A stretch of DNA of 60,582 nucleotides, filler included, from Porpidia crustulata (taxonomy: Eukaryota), in NCBI GenBank assembly GCA_964255105.1. It is 7 parts of 7 records of this genome, joined end to end, with 100 filler letters (N's around TTAATTAATTAA, not from the genome) between each part and the next. Parts side by side here need not be neighbours in the genome. Positions count along the whole stretch, not along the records: positions 34,740 to 43,296 come from CAXUWE010001097.1; positions 43,397 to 51,939 come from CAXUWE010001098.1; 5 more parts are not named here. One strand, written 5' to 3'. Both the position numbers and the translations under genes were made by a program. How positions within the stretch are numbered: position 1 is the stretch's first letter; every line of letters starts with the position of its first letter. Under the pieces are notes generated by a model. That model made no database searches, had not been told where the DNA came from, and saw only the letters and a program-made list of their open reading frames with translations. This document shows, piece by piece, positions 36,407 through 47,953 of the stretch.

Positions 36407-39382
36407 GTTCGTTATTGCTGTTGAATCTTATATCCCCACGTTCCCTTGTTTTGGCGGGAATGGGATGATTTAAGGAAGGGGGCCGAGCCGACTCTGAGTC
36501 ATAGATAAAGAGGACCTCCCTAACGCGCGGCAGCAACTGCGGGCCTTCGACATTATCTACTTGTGTGCTCCATGCTCATTGGGAAGGCAATGCCTATTTC
36601 GACCTGAATTGTCAATAGCATCAAGGTGACCCAGTAACTCTCTACAGTGGATGGCCCACTCATATGGAGTAAATATTCCAATCTGGAAATCTTGACAGAC
36701 AAGGTGCTCTCAACTTTTCGGGACCGTTATGCCATCAAACATGTCATATCTTGTAAGATTGGCATAAGAACGTGTCGAAGGCCTTGTTTGATCATCATGT
36801 CGTCGGAAGGAAGTTGTCGTTGTCGCTGAATGCACAGCGATTGTTGCAGATGATGTCATCCAATGATCTTACGGCACCAGCAACTGATTCGGGTATAATT
36901 TGCGAAAAGCAGCCCCCATTCCTTCTTAGGTCTAAAACTATCTCCTGTATCTTCTGGTGGATTTAGAGCAGTTGTGCTGTGGGTCCTTATTCATAATGTC
37001 TGATCATTCGTCCAACTCAAAATACAATTGGAAATCACGGGCAATGGAAAGAGTACGCGTACTATGCCGGTCGCTGAACCTTGAATCATGGTAAGGTCTG
37101 AAGGACAATCATGAGATCGAGCTCAACTTACACAATTACACAAGATACCCACAACCGACGACAATTACACTTTTAAGAGATAGGCCTACACAAGAATAGC
37201 CTGAATTCCGATTGAGCCAATATCAGAACGTATCGGTCCTTCGTGTAATTTCATGTAAGATGGAAATCGCCGGCATTTGTTATACATCGTCAGTCAGCAT
37301 GTCGACAAATCCTGTCATCGGAGCCCTCGTCGGGCCTGCCAGACGTACTTTGCAACAACTGTCCAATACACTGGAGTTTGCAGAGTATATTCGGTAGTCT
37401 GCTTGTGCGTGAAAGAATCTTGGAAAGATGTTTCGCTGTCTGCTATCCGGCGTGACTCCAAGAATGGCCGCCAAACGTCAAATCTGGCTCCGAACACTGG
37501 GCGAACGGGATAGCTAGGAAAGCGGTCCTTCGAGCAAGTTTGCAAATGGTAACACCTAGCCCTCACACTTCTCATGCAAGCCAATGTACAGGGCTCGATG
37601 GCCTATCCACCCAGCATCAGGCTCATTCCTCATTCGTCGAACGTCAATTTGATATCTTCGAGAAGACGAAAGCTTATCTTCGATCACAACTGCACAAGTA
37701 GTGATGTGGCGTCGGTTGTCCACTCAAAACTCTAACACACAATTATATTTAACGACTTTCAAACTACGGGCTGGTATAGACGGACACCCTGTTCTCGACC
37801 CCTTCCTTGTAACCTTTATTCTTTGGTCGTTCATACGCTCGTGCTAAGACCCTTCATATATATCGCTGGCTAAGGAGGTCGAAAAACACACCTATCGGAT
37901 GATATTCGCTTATAACTTCCTCAAAATGGCTCCAGAATATTGCTATTGGAGGAAATAGCGACGTGCTTCGGCTACGCATCCATTGAACGGAATTGGCGAG
38001 AACACAATCGAACGTTCCTGTTACAGAATCAAGTGTGTAGTAATCAAGGAGCCATTTTCTTCCACGTCACGTATGGTAATTGCGCGATTAATCATTTGCG
38101 AGATTCCGATTTCACTCTTCCGGAGACTAATAGTTTCAAGATTGTAGCAGCGATGAACGAGGAGATGATACGCTGGACTGACGTTGGTTCCAACTCCCGC
38201 AAGCCCCCAACTTTGACGGACGAAATAACTCGGTACGTTACCACACAGGCTCGACGACTAATGTGATGAAGATATCAAACGCTAAAGTCGCTGGAAGGTT
38301 GTGTCAGGAGAGTCATCGGTGGACGCGGCTGTCAATGGAAACGTGGTCTTAGGCTCGTTTCCATTCCCTTCGAAATAGCTCAATTGCAAAGGGCTCTCCG
38401 GGTCATGTCCTGGATTTCAATTCAATGCCTCTGGAGTGTGGAGCCCTGCAAGGCTTGGCGGCACTCGTTGCCATTTTGTGAGGCCATGGTGGAAATACAC
38501 CCATGTGGGCTGGAGATATCAAAGAACGAGCAAAGATAACCTAGTCATATGGTAGGACTATACCTGCCGAAGTGATAAAAATTAAGCTTCGTCAACAATC
38601 AATAGGGGCTCGCCAAGGATCGGGCATCGTGCGATGCGCCGCATTAGGCCCGCTTATTTTAAAAACTAACGCATTTGATATTGATCCAGTCCGAATTTGA
38701 TCATACGGGAGCTGTCGCCACAGCATGCATCTTGATCTTGCAAGGCACTTCGGGCGCATCCGTGTGGATCAATAGGTACCGAGTCAGATCTGCCAACCGT
38801 TAATGCAGCCCACATCACTAAGGACTAATGGCTAGCAACGCCTGATGGACTATAAAACATCCTCTTCTGTTCTAACTCAATACAGCTTTTGCCTCCGCCA
38901 GGTTCCATCGCAGCTGCTATAAAGACTTGGTGAAGCTCTCTAGCTGGAATGCAGACGGGCGATGAGATATATCATCCAGCCCTTGCCACCACTTAGACCA
39001 CTGATCACTGCACATGCACACTCATCGCCAGTTCCACCCTCGGCGTCTCCTGTACCGGTCCGTATGTCTCCAGATCTCTAAGGGCTGCAAAAAGCGAGAT
39101 GCGTCCTTTCAGTTGCATGATGCTACTGGCTCAGTGTAACTCACTGCATTATGGGTGGGAGTACATTGTTGCTAGACCTGGAATATATACGGACTACAGC
39201 TGACAATTTGATTTATAGGCGAGGACCGTTGTCCCAATTCGATGGGAGCTATGGTGGATGGATCGCCGTCGATCCATCTGGTCCATTGCTCCGGGGGTCT
39301 ACTGGAACCTGGCGAGAAACAAATAGCTCAACGGTACAGGCCTAGGTCAACAACGAAGAATTCTAGAATGATCCTGTTATTC

Positions 39383-39389
39383 TATATAA
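39383..39389 (+). promoter_or_regulatory. TATA box upstream of ice-binding protein gene
   Basis: TATATAA about 175 nt upstream of ATG 39564. Confidence 0.45.
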
Positions 39390-39563
39390 GCAGTGATTTC
39401 CTCTCGTGAATCACAAGCCCAAAGCCTATCTCCCCCAACCATCAGATCTGCCTTTTGTACAATACATCTCTCATCAATCTTGATAAGTCGCCTACAATTG
39501 CACTGACCTGCTCCGCACCTTACCTATTTTTATGCCACGTCAATCTTCGAAGTCATCCCAAAC

Positions 39564-40295
39564 ATGAGCCGTTCCAGTCTCACCCCGTAGGCACTCACCC
39601 TCTTGGCTCTCAGCACCATCATCCAAATCAACCCCACTCTGACCCATCCGACACTGGTCAAACGAGCCCCGGCAGTCCTGATGGGACACGCCGAATCCTT
39701 TGGCGCAATCGCTCACACCACGCTCACCAGCACTGGCAACACTGTCATCACGGGCGACTGCGGTACCTACCCTGGTACAGCCATTTCGGGGTTTCCTCCA
39801 GGTGTCTGCACTGGTACAACCTCCGCGGGCGGAATCGCTGCTCAGAACGCGGAAGCCTCATGCCTGACCGCGTACAACAATGCCAAGGGCCTTGTTCCCA
39901 CCATGGCGCTCCCTTCTGTCGATCTAGGGGGCATGATCCTTGCACCAGGAGTCTTCACTTTCCCGGCGTCGGCTGCTTCCATGTCGTCCACGCTGACGCT
40001 CGACGGTGCTTCAAACCCGACGGGACAATGGGTCTTCCAGATCGCGACCACCTTCTCCACAGCCGTCGGCTCTAGAGTGGTCTTGATCAACGGCGCGCAG
40101 GCAGGCAACGTGTATTTCCAAGTCGGGTCTTCGGCTACAATCGCTGGCGCCACGCTGCTGCAGGAGAACGTGCTGACGTACACGTCCATCGCGGTGGGGG
40201 CGGCAGCGAGCAACAACGGATCATTGTGTGCACTCAATGGCGCTGTAACGCTGATTGACAACGCGTTGGTGGCAGCGACCCCGACGACAACATAG
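39564..40295 (+). CDS. DUF3494 (IBP-1 fold) ice-binding protein; in-frame TAG at codon 9 (possible pseudogene or signal-less form from ATG 39681)
   Basis: TGNTVITGDCGTYPGTAISGFPPG, DLGGMILAPGVF, LTLDG..NP...WVFQI, VVLINGAQAGNVYFQVGSSATI, GAVTLIDN; intronless. ATG at 39564 reads MSRSSLTP*ALTLLALSTIIQ...VKR. Confidence 0.9.
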
Positions 40296-40614
40296 GACTG
40301 TGCCCTCGAGCCAGTCTCGATGCCTTGGAGTTGGCTAAGCAGTTGATGGAATATGGTTGCAAAGGGTCTTGAAAAGTTTTTGATTGCAGCGCATGATTTG
40401 ATGTGAATCATGTCAGGTTGTCCTTCTATGCTAGCGATAAGGATATGTAGGTTCGCTTTTCGAATAGATTGTGGTAGCGGATTTGATTTTACTGCCTTGC
40501 CATTTGTTGCCCGCAAGATCTCTTAGAGACTGAGACAATCTGAAAAGATACAAGATCGTACATACAATCTACGTACATGCCTTCAGCTCATCAGTATTAC
40601 TGTTATTGCAGGGG

Positions 40615-40641
40615 AGCCAGGCGTGCCAGGCACGCCTGGCT
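40615..40641. repeat. Perfect 13-bp inverted repeat with 1-nt spacer
   Basis: AGCCAGGCGTGCC-A-GGCACGCCTGGCT. Confidence 0.85.
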
Positions 40642-41624
40642 AGTGCCTGACACGTTGGCCCATACATGCCTTGCCACAGGGCTAGCCTTATGAAGCCCTC
40701 CATCTCGTCTCTCTATTTTCCATCGTCCACGAGCAAATCAGCAAGCGCAGGTACCATACGACACTATTCACACCAACGAACTCGCAGAATCGCAAACCGT
40801 AGCGTTGACTACGTTTCGAAATCAGCAGAGAAATAAATAACCGCTTTAGCTTCTATGTCGACAGATTCGTCCATCCCACTTTCGTACCTCGCTACAACAT
40901 CCTGCTCCAACTTCACGATATGACTCTTGAACACAAATTACGGACGCAGCGTACAGTATCGCTGATCGTCACCAAGCACATTACGCGTACCACCTCGGAA
41001 GACCGTGAGCAGCTGAGTCGATATCCTCAACGCGGACATTGCTACTGCTGCAATGGCATCTCCACCAATCGTATCGGTCTTGCTGATGCGACCGCTAACC
41101 CTGCCATAACTCATGGCTCATACGATAGCTTGGCTCGGAACGTCGTTTGTTGCAGGTGAAAACCCACGATCATTGGCTTGAAATTTCTAATTATGAGGAT
41201 CTTGTATTCAGCCGCACTATGATGGTCGTATCTCACCCGGTTAGTTATCACAGTCACGGGCTTCGCTACTAGCTCTGTTGAGTTAGCCTGGCTCTTACAC
41301 AAGCTGATGCAGAACTTGGGCATCAATATAAAGCTAGCAGATTCCTTAGTGTGCACTCCTTTTAGCCAAATGAAAAGTTGGCCATCTGCAGCCGCATGAT
41401 GTGATTGGAGCAAAATGTCAGGGACGAGTTTCGGGCAATACAGTCAGCAACAAATTTCATAGGCAATAAAGAGTCCAATTCCTGTCTTTACAAAGAGTAC
41501 GAATGTCAGTCCATGATCTGTTGTTGGTTTTCTAATTCGCTCCATGCATTCGCTCCGGTCATTTTCTCGTCTGTGCGGTTAATGTTCACCCTGGGAATCT
41601 TCTAATCGTGCTTTTACGCCCATA

Positions 41625-42986
41625 ATGGGGGTTTCTTGCTGCTTGATGGTTATTTTACAGGCGACAGTCTTTTTCGCGTCTTTACCAATGGTTCATGGTC
41701 AGTCATTGAAGGGATGTCCACGTCGTAAAGGTCTCCTTAACACAAAATGTATAGGCACCTTAATGAAACCTTTATTACGAAACCACAAGAGACAGCTTTC
41801 TAGCAACACAAACATCATGAATACCACCATGTCGATCCACATATCTACTAATGGCTATGTCGGGACCACATTCCCTCCAGGTTTTGCTCTCACTGTGGCC
41901 GCACACTCTACAGTGCTTGAGCTGACTGGACCTACTACAACTCCTCAAACTTCGATTTCGTTACCTCTTGCCTCATCGACCTTACTCAGCATGCCCAAAA
42001 GTTTGTCTGCCGGAATTGGGACTACGTCCACGGGACGGGTCGTAACAGCACTGCCGATAGTTTCGGGCTCAACAACGACACAAGTAGATCCCACAAGTTC
42101 GGGGTCCTCAAATTCGAAAGTCGATGTTCCTTCGACTTCGAATCCTACTTTGGGTGTGGAAACAGCGACCAATCCTTTGAACATAGAAAGCCTTTCGGCA
42201 GCAAGTGCAGGACCATCAGTAATCGCAACCTATATAACACAAACCGACAGCTCTACCACAAAGGTGGTTCAAATCTACTCTACAATAATTCAAACCACAG
42301 ATCCTGGAGTTGCAGCTATGATTGTGAGTCCTTTCGGAACTCCACCAGCTAGTCCAACCCAACACTCAGTAACCTCAACGACCTCCTTTATTGCTACTCA
42401 GCAATCTCCCGTTACGACCCTTGGCCGAACCATTATTCCGAATCCCACAGGCTTCTCTATCGCTTCTACAACTCTCCTTCCTTACGGTCCTGCCCTGACA
42501 GTCTCTGGAACCCTGGTTTCCCTCAACCCTTCGGCTCTTGTCATTGGTAGCAGCACTATACCCTTTCTATCAGCGCCTCACCCTACTCCATCACCTACCA
42601 CTACATCGGTATTTTCGGCTGCCGGGCATGGTTTTACAGCCGCCGCCACCGGATTTGCTATAGACGGCATAACACTCATTCCTGGCGGTAGTGGGATCAC
42701 GGTGTCGGGTACGCCGGTGAGACTCGGGACTGCATCAGATCTCGTGATTGGGACTAGTACCATTAAGCTTCCTGCCACTTCCTTGGGTGGAGCGGCAACG
42801 GGAGATATCACTCTTCCTACATCATCATTGACATCAAGACCTACAATTTCAAACAACGCTACAAGTCCTACTTTCTCAACGGGAGCCGGGAGCGGAGCGA
42901 CCAAGACTGGAATTTGTTTGATTATACAAATTGCCATTCTTCTGTGTATTGTTATTGGCATTCCATCATCATCTGATTTTGGATGA
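41625..42986 (+). CDS. Ser/Thr-rich secreted, probably GPI-anchored cell-surface protein with two beta-rich repeat units
   Basis: Hydrophobic N-terminus, S/T-rich body and two units of GF.I...TL.P.G...TVSGT.V.L....LVIG.STI. Small-residue omega region (STGAGSGA) followed by a hydrophobic C-terminal tail. Confidence 0.75.
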   Translation: MGVSCCLMVILQATVFFASLPMVHGQSLKGCPRRKGLLNTKCIGTLMKPLLRNHKRQLSSNTNIMNTTMSIHISTNGYVGTTFPPGFALTVAAHSTVLELTGPTTTPQTSISLPLASSTLLSMPKSLSAGIGTTSTGRVVTALPIVSGSTTTQVDPTSSGSSNSKVDVPSTSNPTLGVETATNPLNIESLSAASAGPSVIATYITQTDSSTTKVVQIYSTIIQTTDPGVAAMIVSPFGTPPASPTQHSVTSTTSFIATQQSPVTTLGRTIIPNPTGFSIASTTLLPYGPALTVSGTLVSLNPSALVIGSSTIPFLSAPHPTPSPTTTSVFSAAGHGFTAAATGFAIDGITLIPGGSGITVSGTPVRLGTASDLVIGTSTIKLPATSLGGAATGDITLPTSSLTSRPTISNNATSPTFSTGAGSGATKTGICLIIQIAILLCIVIGIPSSSDFG

Positions 42987-43296
42987 AAAGAGTACAGTAG
43001 CTTCCCAAACTTTCCGATCAGTGTCCAAGTTCAATATATCTAGAACTTCATGAGACAATGAAGCAAAATGGTAGTCTGTCTTGAGAGACAAAATGAGAGG
43101 AGAATGGCGAGTAATTTGGGGAATTGCCTGGCAGATGAAACTTGTCATCAAGGCCGGATCAAGATCTCGGAGGCTCTCCACGCGAGCAAACCCTTTCCGG
43201 TTTTCTGCAACGATCTTTTCAGAGTTGTTGTGCCCAAGGACGAAATTATTGCAACAGGAGAGAAGGAAAGAAAATGAGGGGCGGTGGGGCTTGGGA

Positions 43297-43396
43297 NNNN
43301 NNNNNNNNNNNNNNNNNNNNNNNNNNNNNNNNNNNNNNNNTTAATTAATTAANNNNNNNNNNNNNNNNNNNNNNNNNNNNNNNNNNNNNNNNNNNN
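43297..43396. other. Artificial contig linker
   Basis: N44-TTAATTAATTAA-N44. Confidence 0.99.
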
Positions 43397-44555
43397 TGTG
43401 GGCGTAGGGGACTCTGTGGTATCCGTGGGCGTAGGGGACGCTGTAGTATCCGTGGGCGTAGGGGATGCTGTGGTATCCGTGGGTGTGGAAGTGTCTGTCG
43501 AGGTATCCGTGAGTGTGGAAGTCTCTGTTGAGGAAGTGAAATCGCTCGATGTTGACGAGGTGAAATCGGAAGACGTCGACGTCTCGCTGGTCGAGGTAGT
43601 ATCAGCTGTCGAGGAAGTTGATTTTGGCTTTGGAGGGGGCTTGGGTTTAGTCGGTGTAGGTTTGGGTTTGGGTGTAGTATGTGGCTTGGTGGTGGTCTTC
43701 GGGGTAGTTGTTGGTTTCTTTGATGTCGTCGATGTCGTCTTGGAAGATTTCGATGTTACCTTTGACGTAGATGATGTTTTAGGAGGAGTCTTTGTCGAGG
43801 ACGATGGGGTGCATTGACTTAGAACATCGGAATAAACGTGGCCGGAATTACAAACTCCGGATTGGAAAAGCGGCGTTGCTAGCAAAGACAAAATCAGTCT
43901 GAGATTGAGCGACGGTATGTAAGTGTGGATCGGATCGATTTATACACACCATCGACCTTCTGGTTTGATCCAGGATTCTGCACAATGGTTTGACCATCTA
44001 CAGTGAGCTTGTCCTCGCAAAGTAACAAAGCTTTACCGCCGTTGGAGGTACTCGAGCCCATCCAAATGTCGATGTGTACTTTGCCAGTGGCGTCATAATC
44101 ATGTTCTGATAGGAGTCAGTATATCGCGTGGATTTGATTGTTTATGAGGCAGTAATAAACGTACTGCATTGCCCACACAAATCTTCAAACCGAGCGTACT
44201 TTCGGAGATGTGGAACATAAATGACTTCGCATTTCTTGAAAGGACCGTTTGGAGCGGCAGCGAACGTAATTGGATCGGCGAACGTACCAGTTCCTGTAGC
44301 AAAGCAGTGGTAAGCATTACGATTATACGTAGATTTCTGGAAGAACTAACCCCCGGCTAATTTTCGACCACAACTGTATGCAATTGCGGCACCTGGGGGA
44401 CTGTTGTCGGGATAGCCAAAGAATGTTTCCTTGATATGGGAAAGAGTGGAGCATGATGTAGCGCCAGGAGCCGTGAATTCTGCATTGGCAGGTGCAGCAT
44501 TTGCTTTGTTAAAGAAAATGGGCAATAAGCCAATGAAGAGAAAGACCGACTGCAT
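43397..44555 (-). CDS. Secreted Cys-containing protein with putative double-psi beta-barrel (RlpA/3D-like) domain and T/S/P/K-rich stalk; truncated at contig end
   Basis: Signal peptide MQSVFLFIGLLPIFFNKANA. Spliced domain TFFGYPDNSPPG..GTGTFADPITFA..IYVPHLRKYARFEDLCGQC..HIDIWMGS; three introns. Confidence 0.8.
43398..43482. repeat. 27-bp coding minisatellite, about 3 copies (TDTT[A/E]SPTP)
   Basis: Unit GTGGGCGTAGGGGACTCTGTGGTATCC repeated up to the contig break. Confidence 0.85.
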
Positions 44556-45697
44556 GGTGAAGAGATTTCACAGAGAAGACACCTGAAGAGGCTTGTAGGG
44601 CGCAGTTGAAAAATGGAATGAAACGGGAGAGAGATTGAAGCGTTAAGTAGTGTTCACCATTCCTTCAAAATCCTCCCAACTTCTACCGGAGCACATGCTC
44701 GATAGAGTCATGTGGGGGAAGCCATCCACTAATTTCCTGTGTAGATTCATTCCCAAAGCCAAAGACCAATGGCTGCCAAATGGTGAGTACATGCTCGCAT
44801 ACCAAAGACATTTAGACGATGAATGTAGCGAGGTCTTGGGGGCTGTCATCGTGTAAATGTTTCGCGGTGAGATCTTGCCCTCAAGGGCTTGTAATCTTGT
44901 CATAGCGGTATAGGAAAGCGCAAAGAGCCAGATAGCGCCAAGGGCGTATTTCATGTGGGTTCCACTAAGGCAAAAATTGGCCCGGTTCTACGCGTTGGGG
45001 TCAGATGTAGATTGCGGATCGCAATCTGGTAGATAGAAGAAAGCGAAGAAGACAAATACCGGTAGGCGAGAATCTCTTGGGGGCGGTACAACATAAGAGT
45101 TCTGAATTGCACATTGAATAATGTGTGCGTAGAGACCATGCTGGTGGAAAAGCGGTAGGGTCTGTATGAAGCGGAAAGGGTGACGGTGATTATTCTTCGC
45201 TGACATTCGTACAGTGCGATCTGCATCATAGACTGCTTCTCAGTTTTGAGATGAAAATAATAGTTGTGCGACAGCGACGATTGACGAGAGGCATGGGACT
45301 GGCGTATTGAAAGGATTAGTAATGCGTTCTGGGGGCGGAAAAGAGTAACCAATGGGGACGAACAATGATCGGTTTTTGAAACTTCAGAGTCGAATTGATC
45401 ATATAGATTTCGAGTCAACCCTCTGTTATATTGTCAGTAGCGTTACTCGTCGTAGGAATCAAAGAATGGCTCTTCGTCAAGGTCTTAATCGGAGTAAACG
45501 ATTCCACCACACATTCTCTTGGAATCATCGCACTTGCCATGATAATGGCAAACATGAAGCTTGCACGGTTCTCATTCTTTACAAAGCGAAGAGGTAAACA
45601 GCGATCAAAAGCTAAAAAAGCCCCCAAGCCGTAGGAAAATTACCCCATAACCACTTGCTATTTCGCAAGTAATGAACAGTCTTTACTAGTCACCTCT

Positions 45698-47953
45698 TCA
45701 AACAACCTTTTCATGAGCTTCCGAATACCCATTACCCTCGTACCTTCCATATTTCTCCGACTCAGATCCAGCGCTATCAAACTTGTAGAGCGTAGGACAA
45801 GGGGCTCCTTTTTTGAACAACACGTATCGCTTAAACCACCAAGGTAGTACTTGGGTAAGCTGATAGTGCGCATGTGTACGAGTAGGCACGGCAAAGACGT
45901 AATCCAATTCTTCCAGAGAACGCTGTTTGGTCTCTGGGAGAAAGAGGAATATCAGGATCAAAGCAACGATGTTTAGAGCAGCGTAGAATCCAAATGCTCC
46001 CTGGGGCTTGAGCGCAAGAAGCATGCGTGGGAACGTTAACGAGAGTACAGCTGCCCAGAAATTGTTCGTCGCTACAGCCCAGGACATGCCGACTTCACGG
46101 TGAGAGATTGGAAACACCTCTGCGGAATATGTAAATGGAACGGGTCCCTCTCCAGGCGAGTAAAAGGCATCGAACAAGTAAACGAAGAATGCGACCATGC
46201 CAAGATGCGCAGAACTAGATTTGGGGATGTAACAGCACATTCCCGCAGCCAAGAGGGTCCAAAACATCTGTGGGAAAGTAAATATCAGAAGCCCTCGACG
46301 TCCAAAGGTATCGATAGTCCAAACGGCAGGCCATGCGAAAACAAAGTTTACCAGCCCAAACCCAAATGATGCCAGGAGCGCAGTGACATTATTAGCTCCA
46401 GCTTCGGAAAATATCGTGGACGAATAGAAGGCGATGATGTTGACTATAACAACCATTAGATATCCGTCAAGGGTCGCAAATACTTAGCTTCGAAACTTAC
46501 TCCCACACATTTGCTGAGCAATCATGACGATTCCTGACGCCTGAGTGGCACGTCGAACGCGAGGCACGGTGAATAACTCAAAGAATCGAGTGAAGAAGTT
46601 GTCAGTCTTGGCGACACCCAGATCATCCACAAGCAGCTTCTCTTGAATAAGTTGAGCGTGAATAAAGTATAGATCCCGAGCAGCCTAGAGATGGGTATTC
46701 CGAAGACGGCATAAAGAACGATACGCTTTTGCGTGGTGGCCCTTTTTGATCAACCACCTGGGGGACTCTGGACAGAACCAAATACCGAGGACTAGAGGGA
46801 CTGCCGGAATGAACGCGGAGCCCAACTGTAGTCGCCAAGTAATTGTGCCGGCGTTAAGAACTACCAGATTGGCACACGTCCCTAAGAAAATACCGAACGC
46901 GGTCCAAACCTGCCATGACATGACCAAGCCACCACGAATATTAGTCGGCGCGTTTTCGGCAGAATACACAGGCACTGTAACCTCTTTCAAGCCCATACCA
47001 ATGCCTAGCAAGATACGGCAAGCAACGAGCTGTCCCCAGTGTTGCGTAGTTGCCGATCCAATAGGCGCGAGTAGACTGAAAATCGCGGCAGCAAAGATTG
47101 TCCCTCTTCGGCCTAGCCAGTTATTGAGAGGATCCGAAAGCCAGCCGGCGCTGTTAGTCTAATCAGTACCTTTCGTCTAGAGGGCGGTCTAAGTATGTGA
47201 AGAATGGAACGTACAAGAACGCAATGGCAATATAAGGACATGAGTTGATAAAACCGATCAGCCATGAATTACTCTCGCAAGTTCCAGCGGCTGTACATTC
47301 TTTGCCTGTGTCGGCAATGCCAAAGGTGACTGGAAAGGAAAGGTTGGCTCCGTTTGACCCTGTAGCAACGAATTAGCTATTGTGACGGTCTTCCCTCGAT
47401 ACGGCATTGTACCTGTCTGATCCCATCCTTGGATAGCTGCAGCTATGGAATTCAGAATGATAGTGAAGTAAAGTGTTTTTGGATGGCGCCAACGATGAGT
47501 GATTTCTCTACGCAAAGCTTCTCGGTCTGGTTCGTCAAGGTCTGCCATGCCGTCGATACCCAACGGATTCTGGGCAACTAAAGCACCCTTTCGAAGCATA
47601 GGCAAGATATCCGTCAGACCATTTTCTTGCGCATAGTTTTCGACGTCGCGGAGAAGGTCGACCCTGGGAATCCCAATGAGGGGATTCTTGATTCTGACGC
47701 CCTTTAGCTTCGAACATCATTACGGATTGAGAATGCAGGGCTTACTCTCCAGTTGTATTATTGGTCATGGCCGCCAAACTTTGGCGTCGATGGGTATCAT
47801 CCGCAAAGGCGGACCCGTGTGTGGCAGGATTCTCATCGTGGGCGAAGTCTGCTGCCCTACATTCACAGATACCTTTAGCTACTACAACAGCAACATTGAC
47901 CAAAAGGGATTCAATTGCACGTACTTGGGACTGATGTCCTCTTTGTACGACAT
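45698..47953 (-). pseudogene. MFS sugar-porter family (polyol/myo-inositol-type) transporter with one in-frame TAG at 46685-46687
   Basis: [20 protein letters not shown] loops, [47 protein letters not shown]. The frame reads [18 protein letters not shown], where the family has Gln at the stop position. Confidence 0.75.

Noticed and set aside
39564..44555. Cluster of secreted/surface genes (IBP, GPI protein, DPBB-like protein)
   Set aside because: The third gene is across a linker on another contig, and two neighbours alone do not make a cluster.
39588..46687. Two in-frame TAG-GC codons as evidence of amber reassignment
   Set aside because: TAG terminates MON1, the ice-binding gene and the DUF3431 gene normally, and core genes lack internal TAGs.
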